A DNA stretch of 26,345 nt. It comes from an uncultured Flavobacteriales bacterium. Its GTDB lineage: Bacteria; Bacteroidota; Bacteroidia; Flavobacteriales_G; Salibacteraceae. Below are positions 9,156-19,241 of the stretch, in pieces (position 1 is the stretch's first letter; each line of letters opens with the position of its first letter). The stretch spans positions 1 through 26,345 of the forward strand of contig CAXAIH010000001.1 of the NCBI GenBank assembly GCA_963968755.1. Direction: 5' to 3'. The notes under the pieces are model-generated. The model made no database searches and was not told the origin of the DNA. It worked only from the letters and a program-made list of their open reading frames with translations. The translations under genes and the position numbers were made by a program.

Positions 9156-11552
9156 ATGAGACGCATCCTATATTTTCTGCTTTTCCTTTTTTGCCAAGAG
9201 CTTCAGGCTCAAAAGGCTCAAGTGTTTAACATCATAACCCTGCGTGCGATCGACGAGGTGTTCATCATCAACCTAAGCAATTCTGCTTCGGTCATTTCGG
9301 ACGCAGAGGGGCGCTTTAGTTTATCCAGTTTTGAACTAAGCGACACACTTATCATTCAGCATCCTTCATTTCAAACGAAGTTCATGCCTGTAACATCGGT
9401 TCTCAGCCAGAATGGAACTGTTTACCTGAGCGAAAAAGCCATTGACTTGGGGGTTTTTGTGGTCACCGCGAACAAAAGGGCTCTCAAACGAGAAGACGTT
9501 CCCAATAAAGTTAAAGTGGTTAGTCGTAAGGAAATTGACTTTCAAAACCCACAAACCAGCGCCGACTTGCTGAGCCAATCTGGGGAAGTTTTCGTCCAAA
9601 AAAGTCAACTAGGTGGCGGTTCCCCAATGATACGAGGTTTTGCCGCCAACAAAGTGCTCATCGTGGTTGACGGAGTACGAATGAACAATGCCATTTTTCG
9701 CGGAGGAAACTTGCAGAATGTGTTAAACATTGACCCTTTTCTCATCGATAAAACTGAGGTCATCTTCGGTCCTGGCTCAGTGATTTATGGAAGTGATGCG
9801 CTCGGGGGTGTGATGAATTTTAAAACGAGAAAGCCAAGCAATTTCCAAGATAGCTCTGGGGTTAACTTAGGCTTTGCTCTGCGTTATTCTTCTGCCAACA
9901 ACGAAAAAAGCATTAAAGCCTTTCTGGATATGGGAAAAGGCAAATGGAGCTCCTTTACATCATTTTCAGCCAGTTCTTTCGATGATCTCCGCTCAGGACG
10001 TACCTATAAAGCTTCTGATGGAGATTTCGGAAAACGCCTTTGGTATGTTGAACGAATCAAAAATAAGGACAAAATCGTTGAAAACGACAATTCGCATGTA
10101 CAAAGGAGTTCCGGTTACGACCAGTTTAATTTAAGTCAGAAAATCAGTTTCAGGCCCTCCGATTCTCTTGCTGTTCACTACAGTCTCATTTATTCTTCAA
10201 CATCCGATATTCCTAGATACGATCGCCTTGTTGATGAAAGAAATGGGCAACCGATCAATGCTGAATGGTACTACGGGCCTCAAACTTGGATCATGAATCT
10301 GATAAATGTTGAGGTAACTCAAAAGCGAAGGCTTTTCGACCGTCTTAATATCAGCGCGGCCCACCAATTTTTTGAAGAATCAAGGAATGACAGAAAGTTC
10401 CAATCCTCGATACTTAGAACCAGAACTGAGCAAGTTGGTTTGATCACCCTCAACGCCGATTTAGATAAGCAAATCAACGAAAAGAACACCCTCTTCTACG
10501 GCTTTGAATTCAATCGGAATAATGTTTCATCAGAAGCTGTTCAATCAAACATCATTTCTAGATTGAGCAGCCCTGTGGCCTCTCGCTATCCTGAAGCAGG
10601 AAGCACCACCCAACAGTTATCCGCTTATTTCTCACATCAACTTAAGTTCAATAAGAAATCCACCTTCCTTTGGGGAGTCCGATATACTAGAAACCTTCTT
10701 AATTCGGATTTTAGTGAGAGCTCATTTTATAATTTCCCTTTCAGTGAGGTGAATCTCTCTAGTGATGCATTTACTTCCAGTTTAGGCTATACCTATAGAC
10801 CCTGGACTGAATGGCAGTTTAACTTGAGCATCTCCTCTGGCTTCAGAAGTCCGAATGTAGATGATGTAGCGAAGGTTTTTGATTCAGAGCCTGGCCGGGT
10901 AGTAGTTCCAAACAACAATATCCTTCCTGAATATGCCTACAACGGGGAGCTTGGAATTCTCAGAAAACTAGGAGACAAAGGACAGATTCAGGTCAACTTT
11001 TTCTACACCTTTTTGCAAAACACCATCGCCAGAAGTCCAAGCCAAATCAATGGTGAAGATTCTATATTTTACGACGGAGTATTAAGTCAAGTGCTCTCAG
11101 AACAGAACATTGAGCAGGCCTGTGTAGCTGGCGCCTCTTACAGTCTTAAATTTAACCTGAACAAACATTTTGGATTCAGGTCGACGCTAACTTATATGAA
11201 TGGGGCAGATCTAGACACAAAAGAAAGCTTACGTCACGTAAGTCCATTGTTTGGCAATACTGCATTCGCCTTTGTTTCTGAAAAAATTCGTTCAGAGATA
11301 TACCTCAATTACAATGGAGGAATAACCTTCACTGAACTCGCTCCTTCGGAACAGAATAAACCACACATTTATGGGCCGGATGGGTCATCCTCATGGTATA
11401 CGGTCAATTGGAAGTTTAGCATCCGACCAAGCGCAACGACTAATTTGAGTGCTGGAATCGAGAATATTCTTGATCTACACTATCGCCCTTACTCAAGTGG
11501 CATTAGTGCAGCCGGTAGAAATTTCTTTATTTCCTTTCGAGCCGACATTTAG
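9156..11552 (+). CDS. TonB-dependent outer-membrane receptor
   Basis: Signal peptide MRRILYFLLFLFCQELQA-Q, plug motifs (SPMIRGF, VLIVVDGVRMNN, GSVIYGSDALGGVMNF) and C-terminal ENILDLHY...GRNFFISFRADI. Substrate unknown. Confidence 0.92.
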   Translation: MRRILYFLLFLFCQELQAQKAQVFNIITLRAIDEVFIINLSNSASVISDAEGRFSLSSFELSDTLIIQHPSFQTKFMPVTSVLSQNGTVYLSEKAIDLGVFVVTANKRALKREDVPNKVKVVSRKEIDFQNPQTSADLLSQSGEVFVQKSQLGGGSPMIRGFAANKVLIVVDGVRMNNAIFRGGNLQNVLNIDPFLIDKTEVIFGPGSVIYGSDALGGVMNFKTRKPSNFQDSSGVNLGFALRYSSANNEKSIKAFLDMGKGKWSSFTSFSASSFDDLRSGRTYKASDGDFGKRLWYVERIKNKDKIVENDNSHVQRSSGYDQFNLSQKISFRPSDSLAVHYSLIYSSTSDIPRYDRLVDERNGQPINAEWYYGPQTWIMNLINVEVTQKRRLFDRLNISAAHQFFEESRNDRKFQSSILRTRTEQVGLITLNADLDKQINEKNTLFYGFEFNRNNVSSEAVQSNIISRLSSPVASRYPEAGSTTQQLSAYFSHQLKFNKKSTFLWGVRYTRNLLNSDFSESSFYNFPFSEVNLSSDAFTSSLGYTYRPWTEWQFNLSISSGFRSPNVDDVAKVFDSEPGRVVVPNNNILPEYAYNGELGILRKLGDKGQIQVNFFYTFLQNTIARSPSQINGEDSIFYDGVLSQVLSEQNIEQACVAGASYSLKFNLNKHFGFRSTLTYMNGADLDTKESLRHVSPLFGNTAFAFVSEKIRSEIYLNYNGGITFTELAPSEQNKPHIYGPDGSSSWYTVNWKFSIRPSATTNLSAGIENILDLHYRPYSSGISAAGRNFFISFRADI

Positions 11553-12253
11553 TGCCTGTTGACAAAGCAAAGGCTGTCATTCACCTCACTTGACCAATTC
11601 AAGACTAGGCCCTCGGCAATTTCTTGTGCAATCGTCTCCCCATATAGAATGTGGGTCAAATGCAATGCCGCCTCAAAGGACTTCGCTCCTCCTGCGGAAG
11701 TAATGTACTTTCCGTCCTCTACAATCACCTTATCATCCACAACTTTTACTCTCGGAAAGCGCGCTTCAAATTCTTGCAAATCTGATGGAAAGGTGGTAGT
11801 GTACCTTTCATCAAGTAGGCCCGCCGCGGCCAGAACGGAGGAGCCATCGCAGTGCGAAGTAACCCAAGTGGCGGTGGAGTCAATGGACCGAACAAAATTT
11901 AGAAGTACTCCATTTTCCAAAGCACTACTATGATGGCTTTCAGCGCTGGGAATCACAAGAATGTCTATTGGTGGAAAATCATCGTTAAAGCCATAGTCTG
12001 CCCTAATACTTAGACCTTCAAAACTCCGAATCATCTTACGATGTTCCGCGATGGTAAACACCTCCATCTTCTTTATTCCCTTTCGAAATGCAGTATGCTG
12101 AAAAACATCATAAGGGGCTGTCAACTCAGTATTGTAGACTCCATCCATGATGAGAAATGCAACCTGATAAGAGTCGGAATCGTACTTCAATTTCTCGGCT
12201 TTTGGCGGTGATCAAGCCACTAATATCAGCAAGAAGATGGGGTAGATACGCAT
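11549..12253 (-). pseudogene. DJ-1/PfpI-family lipoprotein with an in-frame TGA at codon 14 (nonsense change, sequencing error or recoding)
   Basis: ATG 12253: MRIYPIFLLILVA*(TGA 12214-12212)SPPKAEKLKYD...VAFLIMDGVYNTELTAPYDVF...ILVIPSA...TSHCDG (nucleophilic Cys). The catalytic domain is intact downstream of TTG 12190. Confidence 0.75.
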
Positions 12254-12323
12254 TGAATAAAACTGCACAAAAAACCCAAGCTGCAGAAACAACCTGGGTC
12301 AGGTAAGATTTAAAATCTGTTGA

Positions 12324-14426
12324 CTAGTAGAACAAGTAGCGCTGGTCTACTACGTTCACTGCAGATTGCAAGGCAGTAAAGGCCTCAAAGTTTACTCGAT
12401 CAGCAAGGGTTCTACTCATTTGATCTTTCGAGCTTACATAATCAGGCTCTTGCACTGGATTCGTGTACTCCATTACTTCCGCAACGATTACACCTCTTTC
12501 ACCAGCTACAGGCTTGGAGACCTGACCTGGCGCCAATGAAAACATACGGCCAAACAACTCATTCTCTTGGCCAAGTCCCGGAATAGAAAACTCTGAAAAA
12601 CTTAGTGCCTCAATAATCTCGACATTGCCATTCAGTTTTTTCACGGCTTCCTCAAATGATCCGTAAGAACCCAATTCAGCTAAAATCATTTCTGATTTTT
12701 TCTCTGCAATAACCTTTTGCTCAATTGCCTCTTTTACGTTTTCAAAATCAAGTGCTCCTTCTTCTTTTACTGAAGTTACTGCCATAATTACAAAACGAGA
12801 TGCTTCTGTATATACTTCTGAAACAGCCCCTAATTCACTGTCGTAGATCCATCGAATTTTAGTTCGTGGAGACTCAAAACTTCCCAAGGTTCGATCTTCT
12901 TCCTTGATGAAATCCAACTCTTCCAACTTCAAGCTTTCATCCGCTTCTACTTTAGCCTTATAGGTCTCAAGTGTATTGTTCGTGATGGAAAACTCCGATG
13001 CGCGATTGAAAATATCTTCGAATGTTGCTTCTGAAGGAAGTACATTACGGCTCACTTCACCTAAAACAACTTTTTCGACATCGGCACTTCGATCTGTGAT
13101 ATTTATAATGTGAACCCCATATTGGCTTTCAACCACAACAAATTCTCCCTTTCCAGTTTGGAAGGCGGCAGTCTCAAATGGTGGGACCATTCTGCCTCTA
13201 CCAAACCAGCCAAGTTCACCACCCTTGTTGCTAGAACCGAAATCTTCGGAAAAGTTCTCTGCCAACTTAGCAAAATCTCGCCCTTTTTTTGCCTCAGCAA
13301 ATAAACTGTCCGCTCTTTCACGAACCACTGCTGAATCTTTCTCTGCCCAAGTAAAAAGGATGTGCCGTGCTTCAACTGAGTCTGCGGTCGTAACTCGGTT
13401 GGTCACTTTGGAGATGTGCAGTTGATTTCGCCATTCGTAAGGCCCAAATACGGCTCCTATCTCAGCGCCAAAAATTAAGGAATCAACTCCTTCTGGAAGA
13501 TCATCTTCCCCGTACATATTGAAATTAAAGGCCACATCACTGAATTCATTTAAGAACCCAGTATCGTCTTCTGCCTCAAAGTATGCAGTTGTTAAGGACG
13601 CAAGTTCATCTTTAACGACATTGTAGTCATCTTGTGTTGGAGTTACAGGGAAACTGACAAAAGAGATAGCACGAGTAGTTACGTCTTGCTTATACTCCGC
13701 CTCATTTTTGTGCGCATTGTAATATGCTTTCAAATCAGCATCGCTGTAAGAAACTTCTTCATTAGGAATCGAGGCAAAATCTCTGATCGCGTATTTAAAA
13801 CGCACGGACCTGTTCTCATCCAAATGATTGATCTCTACCTCTTTGTTGGTGACGTTCAATCCATATTTAATGAGGTTGTTGTACTTATTCGCTTTACGGT
13901 TTGAGATCAAGGCCTCCTCCAAAGGGTCCCAATTCTCATCTTGGCCACTGTTGATAAGCTGTTGCATGTAGGTTAATACAGCATTACTGCTTAGACCACC
14001 AGTTGCCGGATCTACAAACTGCTCAAATATGTTCCCCGTTTGAGGGTTGCTAAAGTACTGAGTTAGTACCTCATTTCTTGGATTATTCTTAATCTCAAAA
14101 AGGATTTCTTCAGCACTTGCATTGATTCCTAAGCGAGCGTATTCCTTGTGTAGGATACGCTCCTGAAGCAATGAATTCCAAACTTGGTCACGAATGCTTT
14201 CACGTTGCTGTTCGTTGACAGTGTTTCCAGCCACACGCTGTTGAACTAGGGCATCGAACTCAGCGTAGCTGATATCTTCACCCCAAATCTCTCCGACGTT
14301 GTTTTGGTTCTGGAGAAAGCCTCCGCCTGAATTGAGTAGATCGCCAAGTATGAACAGCACCATGGCTGCACCTATTACTCCGAAGAGAAGACCTGACTTA
14401 TTTCTGATTTTGCCGATGACAGCCAT
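12324..14426 (-). CDS. PpiD/SurA-like periplasmic peptidyl-prolyl isomerase chaperone
   Basis: N-terminal membrane anchor MAVIGKIRNKSGLLFGVIGAAMVLFILGDL and rotamase domain DSVEARHILF...FAKLAENFSED...GGELGWFGRGRMVPPFETAAF. Confidence 0.9.
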   Translation of the reverse strand: MAVIGKIRNKSGLLFGVIGAAMVLFILGDLLNSGGGFLQNQNNVGEIWGEDISYAEFDALVQQRVAGNTVNEQQRESIRDQVWNSLLQERILHKEYARLGINASAEEILFEIKNNPRNEVLTQYFSNPQTGNIFEQFVDPATGGLSSNAVLTYMQQLINSGQDENWDPLEEALISNRKANKYNNLIKYGLNVTNKEVEINHLDENRSVRFKYAIRDFASIPNEEVSYSDADLKAYYNAHKNEAEYKQDVTTRAISFVSFPVTPTQDDYNVVKDELASLTTAYFEAEDDTGFLNEFSDVAFNFNMYGEDDLPEGVDSLIFGAEIGAVFGPYEWRNQLHISKVTNRVTTADSVEARHILFTWAEKDSAVVRERADSLFAEAKKGRDFAKLAENFSEDFGSSNKGGELGWFGRGRMVPPFETAAFQTGKGEFVVVESQYGVHIINITDRSADVEKVVLGEVSRNVLPSEATFEDIFNRASEFSITNNTLETYKAKVEADESLKLEELDFIKEEDRTLGSFESPRTKIRWIYDSELGAVSEVYTEASRFVIMAVTSVKEEGALDFENVKEAIEQKVIAEKKSEMILAELGSYGSFEEAVKKLNGNVEIIEALSFSEFSIPGLGQENELFGRMFSLAPGQVSKPVAGERGVIVAEVMEYTNPVQEPDYVSSKDQMSRTLADRVNFEAFTALQSAVNVVDQRYLFY

Positions 14427-14454
14427 CTGCGATTTGGTTTTTGAAATTGGCTTG

Positions 14455-14462
14455 CGAATTTA
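14455..14462 (-). promoter_or_regulatory. -7 box variant (TAAATTCG) for the PPIase gene
   Basis: The same TAAATTCG octamer precedes tadA and aspS. Here it is 28 nt upstream of the ATG. Confidence 0.45.
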
Positions 14463-14527
14463 GTGTAAAAATGCAGACGGCTGCTGCACCTTAAGTGAAT
14501 GACTAGAGGGCCTCTGGAAAGGCCTAT

Positions 14528-15793
14528 TTATTCACTTCGCTGAAGTAGTCTAACTGAGACAATTTTTTGCTCCTCTGCATCGATGATTTCGAAGCGCAGA
14601 CCGGATATTTCTATAATTTCTCCGGCCTCAGGAATATTTTGCTCGTGGTGATAAATCATTCCCGCAATCGTGCTATAATCCTCAAAATCAGGTAGATTCA
14701 AATCATACTCCTCATTTAAGAAATCGATTTCAAGACGTGCTGATAACAAAATTGAGCCATCTGATTCTTCCCGCACGATGTGCTCTTCCTTGTCATGTTC
14801 ATCCTCTATCTCACCCACAATTTCTTCAAGAATATCCTCTACTGTAATAATTCCAGAGGTGCCTCCATATTCGTCAAGAACGAGAGCGATGCTCTTCTGC
14901 TGTTTGTTCAAAAGGGTCAGAACGTCTTTTGCCATCATAGATTCGGGAACCAATGGCACAGGAATAAGTATGTTCTTAATTCTCTTCGGTTTCTTCAAAA
15001 GCTCATTAGAATGCACATATCCGATGATAGTATCCATGTCTTCTCGGTAGACTAAAATCTTCGATAAGCCTGTTTCTACGAAAAATTCGATGAGCGTTTC
15101 AACTGATTCCTGCTCTTCAATGGCCACGACATCTGTCCTAGGCACCATGCATTCTCTCGCCTTCGTTTTTCCAAAATCGAGTGCATTGTGAAAGATCTGA
15201 ACTTCATTCTCCAACTCCTCCATTCGCTCCACACTCTCTGCACCTCGCTTTACGTAATCGTCTAAATCAATCCGGCCAAATGACAATATAGAGGGCTTGA
15301 GCTCAATGCGAAATACCGACTTCAAAAGTCCTTTCGCGAGCATGTTCACCAGAAATACGATTGGGTAGAAAAGAAAATAGAGTACTAAGGTTGGTACGGC
15401 GAAGAAGGTCAGAATTCCGTTCGGATTCAGCCGAAAAAGAGTCTTTGGCAAAAACTCAGCCGTCAAGAGAATGACTGCAGTTGAGAGTATTGTTTGGGCA
15501 AGCAGCAACAGAATTTCGTTCTGTCCGATGAATTGGATTAATATAGGTTCAAATAAAAATGCGAACGAGATTCCGTAAATCACCAATGCGGCATTGTTAC
15601 CGATCAACATGGCGGTGATGAACATCGAAGGGTTTTCGTTGAACCTAGAAATGATTCGGGCCGAGATTAAGCCGGCCTTTTTATCCAGCTCAATTTTCAA
15701 CTTGTTTGCTGAGACGAAGGCAATTTCCATCCCAGAAAAAAACGCAGAAAAAATGAGTGAAAAGAGAATAAATAGAACCGGGTGCGCTTCCAT
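14528..15793 (-). CDS. HlyC/CorC (CNNM + 2 CBS + CorC) family membrane protein
   Basis: [60 protein letters not shown]. Confidence 0.93.
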   Translation of the reverse strand: MEAHPVLFILFSLIFSAFFSGMEIAFVSANKLKIELDKKAGLISARIISRFNENPSMFITAMLIGNNAALVIYGISFAFLFEPILIQFIGQNEILLLLAQTILSTAVILLTAEFLPKTLFRLNPNGILTFFAVPTLVLYFLFYPIVFLVNMLAKGLLKSVFRIELKPSILSFGRIDLDDYVKRGAESVERMEELENEVQIFHNALDFGKTKARECMVPRTDVVAIEEQESVETLIEFFVETGLSKILVYREDMDTIIGYVHSNELLKKPKRIKNILIPVPLVPESMMAKDVLTLLNKQQKSIALVLDEYGGTSGIITVEDILEEIVGEIEDEHDKEEHIVREESDGSILLSARLEIDFLNEEYDLNLPDFEDYSTIAGMIYHHEQNIPEAGEIIEISGLRFEIIDAEEQKIVSVRLLQRSE

Positions 15794-15836
15794 AGAGTGG
15801 CCAACCTAGTAAATGTAGGTAAAAGAAATCTGTGAC

Positions 15837-16049
15837 TTATTCTTCTGGTTTCGATTGATTCGCTTCTTGCTTCCTTCGAACAAATCTGCGCATTGCCCAG
15901 AGTCCTGCTGCAACAAATGGCATTACAAACAAAAAGCTGTTCTCACTCAAAACCGCAGGATCTTGAGACCATTTATAGCCAGCAAATGCTGCGGTTGCAA
16001 CGGCCACGAACAACCAAAAAATCTCCATGAACTTATTGTACTTGCTCAT
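15837..16049 (-). CDS. Small two-TM membrane protein
   Basis: 70 aa with two hydrophobic helices and a basic C-tail. The ATG overlaps the end of lptC, so it lies within the operon. Confidence 0.7.
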   Translation of the reverse strand: MSKYNKFMEIFWLFVAVATAAFAGYKWSQDPAVLSENSFLFVMPFVAAGLWAMRRFVRRKQEANQSKPEE

Positions 16050-16599
16050 CCTTTTCTTCCTTTAATTCAATAGTACCTTTAATCTTCTTAATGCGATAAC
16101 TGGAAAAATCCTCCTTCGCTTCCAAACCCTCTCCGTAGATTATCTCTTCTCCCGTGAGGATCTTAACATATTCATCGGATTCAATGGTGTGGTTAACCTC
16201 ATTCCAAATAAGGTGCTCGGTGTACAAGGTATCCCCTTCTCCGTTTACTACAATCACATTGTTCTTGACGTCCAATTTTTTCTGCGTTTCGTAATGCTCT
16301 CCATATTCCGCAGTTAAGGTGGTTACGATTTTCTCCTCCTTGTCGTACACCCTTAATTCAATCCCCCTTGGAAAAAGACTTTTGATTTCTTCGCCCTGAT
16401 ATCTATTTAACTCAGGCGCAATAATTCGAATTTGAACTTGCGCTGAATCACTGTACATCAAGTCAGCTTCAAAGGTTGTTTCATCCGGGAACTCTTCGCC
16501 AGAGGTTACTTGCTCTATGCTTTGTTTATCATTCTGGCAAGAAAAAAGCATCACCGATAGTACGATGATGCTTGTTGATATGACGATGAGTTGTTTCAA
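16033..16599 (-). CDS. lptC: LPS export ABC transporter periplasmic protein LptC
   Basis: MLFS-C lipobox, YSDSAQV, FPRGI, LYTEHLIWNE, IIYGEGLEAKEDFSSYRI, typical of Bacteroidota LptC. Confidence 0.85.
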   Translation of the reverse strand: MKQLIVISTSIIVLSVMLFSCQNDKQSIEQVTSGEEFPDETTFEADLMYSDSAQVQIRIIAPELNRYQGEEIKSLFPRGIELRVYDKEEKIVTTLTAEYGEHYETQKKLDVKNNVIVVNGEGDTLYTEHLIWNEVNHTIESDEYVKILTGEEIIYGEGLEAKEDFSSYRIKKIKGTIELKEEKDEQVQ

Positions 16600-16605
16600 T
16601 GAGGA

Positions 16606-17943
16606 CTATTCATTAACGCGGACGGTGGCAGTTTCACCAATCCAGCAACCTATTTGATAACTCGCTCCATCCTGAATTCCATAGAAAAAGCAATCGGCCT
16701 TCTTAGGAAATTGAGTCTTGGCAGTCGCTAGCTTCTTGCCAACCTTTTCAGATAAAGAAGGGTCTACCGACTTTGCTTTTAAATACTGATCGTATGCAGC
16801 CCAGTAGCCCGCGCGTTTCTCACAATCATTTTCTCCACAAGTTTTAGAACTTCCAGAATAGGCATCTCCAATCAATATGTATGCTTCACCATTGTTTGGG
16901 TTCACTTGCAAAAGCTTGCGGCTTAACTCACGAACCTTCGGGTAATTTCTTGCGCCTAAGGCAGAGGCAGCAGCCCGGTAGTATGCGTCTTCCTTAAGTT
17001 TCGCGTCCTCGCCACCTAATTCTGCAGCTTGAACAAAATAACTCATTGCCTTCGTGTACTCCGCTTTCTTCAAGTACCACTTTCCTACGCTAAAGGCAGA
17101 GCCCGCTGTAGGCTGTTGGTCATTTAGCTTTACGGCTACTTTGATATATAGGTCAGAATCCTCACAATTCTTAGCATCCATCAATTTAAGGATGTTCCTG
17201 TTTTGTTTGATGTTTTCCGGATCCTCAGTGAATTTAGGTTCAAAAAGTTGAATTAAATCTGGGCAGTCTGCAACGGGTGCAAACATTTTAGCCAGATTCT
17301 CCTCAGCATTCAGATATATCTCAACCGTTTTGGGCTTTTTTGCTGTTCGATTTGCATCCACAACGTCCATCAACCTCGGGTAAAGTTCAAGCAACTCCTC
17401 CTTTTTAACCTTGTCGGCTTTGTACATTTTGTATTGGGCCTTATAAAGGGTCACCAAAACTCCAGGTTCTGTTTTATTACCTTGAAGTTCGAAAGACTTC
17501 ATAAGTGTTTCGTAGGCTTCCTCCAATGACTTAGAGCCACCAATGTTTAACATGTCTGTCCCTTTTCTTCCAAGAACATAACCTTCTTGGCCGAAATTCT
17601 CGATGCGCTGATCATAAATCCACATCAAGGTATCTAGAAGCTGCTCAACACGTTCTGGATTCGCCTTGTTTTCGCGAATAAAGGTTTTGTACATACCTGT
17701 ACCTCTCAGGTAAAGATTCTTACTAGACTTTGGGCAAATAGCACATGCGGCTTTCCAAGATGGAAGCGCATCCTTGTAGGATTTGTGCTTATAAAAACCA
17801 GAATATACGGAGAGGTTTTTAATGCATTCTAAGCTATCTTCTGGATTCGCTCCATACTTTTGAGCGTTGGCAGATCCAAAAAAGAAAAGTCCCATACCAA
17901 GACTTAAGGCGGCTGTTAGAGTTCTTTTCATTAGATTTTTCAT
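16606..17943 (-). CDS. Secreted TPR-repeat protein
   Basis: Start MKNLMKR at 17943 overlaps the upstream stop (ATGA). Signal peptide ending ANA-Q, helical repeats, C-terminal GCWIGET motif. Confidence 0.8.
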   Translation of the reverse strand: MKNLMKRTLTAALSLGMGLFFFGSANAQKYGANPEDSLECIKNLSVYSGFYKHKSYKDALPSWKAACAICPKSSKNLYLRGTGMYKTFIRENKANPERVEQLLDTLMWIYDQRIENFGQEGYVLGRKGTDMLNIGGSKSLEEAYETLMKSFELQGNKTEPGVLVTLYKAQYKMYKADKVKKEELLELYPRLMDVVDANRTAKKPKTVEIYLNAEENLAKMFAPVADCPDLIQLFEPKFTEDPENIKQNRNILKLMDAKNCEDSDLYIKVAVKLNDQQPTAGSAFSVGKWYLKKAEYTKAMSYFVQAAELGGEDAKLKEDAYYRAAASALGARNYPKVRELSRKLLQVNPNNGEAYILIGDAYSGSSKTCGENDCEKRAGYWAAYDQYLKAKSVDPSLSEKVGKKLATAKTQFPKKADCFFYGIQDGASYQIGCWIGETATVRVNE

Positions 17944-19241
17944 TCTATTTTTCTTTTGTAAAACCATCTATCAAATTGATTAGGCATCAAAGTAACCCCA
18001 ATGTTTATCCCTGTAAAAGACTCACTAAAAGTGTTTTTGTTCTCCGAACCCCTTTGCCCATATTCAAACGCAACATTTAAAGAAGAGAAGGAGCGTGACT
18101 TTAACAGTGGTAAGGCAAAACCAAAACTTATGCCAAATTCATTCAAATTCAAACCATCTAAAATAACCCGTGATTGACCATAACGAAAACCTGCTCGATA
18201 TCGCCCTGATTTAAAGATGTTGGTTGTAGCTCTGTAATCCGGCCAAAATTCTATTCCTGCACCTATAGAAAATGAATTTGCCAAAGCCGGATTGTTGCCT
18301 AAGATTTTTAGTTTGCTCCATTCCCAAAAGTCGTACTCTAAACCTAAGGTCCACTTCCGATTAATGTTGAGGCTCGCCCCAATGCTATAGTGCATAGGCT
18401 GAAGCACTTCACCCGTATCTGGAGTAGCCACGAGGGTGTCAAAAACCTCTGAAGGATTTCCAGTAAATTCGGGTGCTACAAAAATATAGGTTGCAGAAAC
18501 TTTCTGAGAAGCCAATTTTCGCTGAGGCTCAAAACTCGCACCTAGGGAAAAATAGGTCTGTGATTTTATTCGTCTCCGGTAGGCCAAGCCATACTCCCCA
18601 TTCATCCCTCTAGTAGTAATATCATCACCTGTTATCGAATTGAGAAAACTTGGTTGATCGACAAATCGCATTTCAGTTGTTCGATCAAAAAATCCGAAAT
18701 AGTAGGTAAAGTTTGCACCCAGACTTAATTGATTTAGCGTGTCTCGAATTATTTGGGCAGAGAATCCTCCCGAGGCTTTGTTCAGGCCTCCGAATCCTTC
18801 ATAAATAGTCTCAACAGTACCTGCATTGGATAACTCCTGATTTTCTTGAAGCTCGTATCCAAGAGTTGTATGAGGTGTTAAGATCGCCGTTGCAGCAAAA
18901 CGCTTCGCAAAAGGAAAGGCAAGTGCAAAATGATTTACGTTGTTGTAAGCGCTAGACCCACTTCCAGAAGGGCCGTCGAGACGAACATTTTGAGCACGAA
19001 TTCCAAGGTCGAACAAAGGCTTTGTCAAGAAGGCGTTTCCTGCAGGATTCTTTGGGTTGAAGTAATCGAATTGAAACAAAGCAGTTTGCACACCACCCAT
19101 TCCTCGGGCAGCAATTAAGCCTCTGGAATTCACATCACCAATACCGTAAGTAGAGTAGGGCGAAACATTCAAAACTTGCGCACCCGCAAGGCTTGAAACT
19201 GTCAGAAAAAAGAAGAAAGATACCGAGCGCTTAAAGCTCAT
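17940..19241 (-). CDS. Outer-membrane beta-barrel protein (FadL-like Bacteroidota family)
   Basis: Signal peptide ending AGA-Q, SPYSTYGIGD...MGG...NPKNPA, alternating beta-strand pattern, C-terminal WFYKRKIE. Confidence 0.75.
   Translation of the reverse strand: MSFKRSVSFFFFLTVSSLAGAQVLNVSPYSTYGIGDVNSRGLIAARGMGGVQTALFQFDYFNPKNPAGNAFLTKPLFDLGIRAQNVRLDGPSGSGSSAYNNVNHFALAFPFAKRFAATAILTPHTTLGYELQENQELSNAGTVETIYEGFGGLNKASGGFSAQIIRDTLNQLSLGANFTYYFGFFDRTTEMRFVDQPSFLNSITGDDITTRGMNGEYGLAYRRRIKSQTYFSLGASFEPQRKLASQKVSATYIFVAPEFTGNPSEVFDTLVATPDTGEVLQPMHYSIGASLNINRKWTLGLEYDFWEWSKLKILGNNPALANSFSIGAGIEFWPDYRATTNIFKSGRYRAGFRYGQSRVILDGLNLNEFGISFGFALPLLKSRSFSSLNVAFEYGQRGSENKNTFSESFTGINIGVTLMPNQFDRWFYKRKIE

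Noticed and set aside
12212-12214. Alternative genetic code (TGA = Trp/Gly) or selenocysteine
   Set aside because: TGA terminates rpmI, the OMP gene and the small ORF, and Trp is TGG throughout. No SECIS-like stem follows the codon, and Sec at a lipidation site has no precedent I know of.
14472-14524. Short hairpins after the CNNM gene (TGCAG/CTGCA, GGCCT/AGGCC)
   Set aside because: 5-bp stems without a U-tract are too weak to call as terminators.
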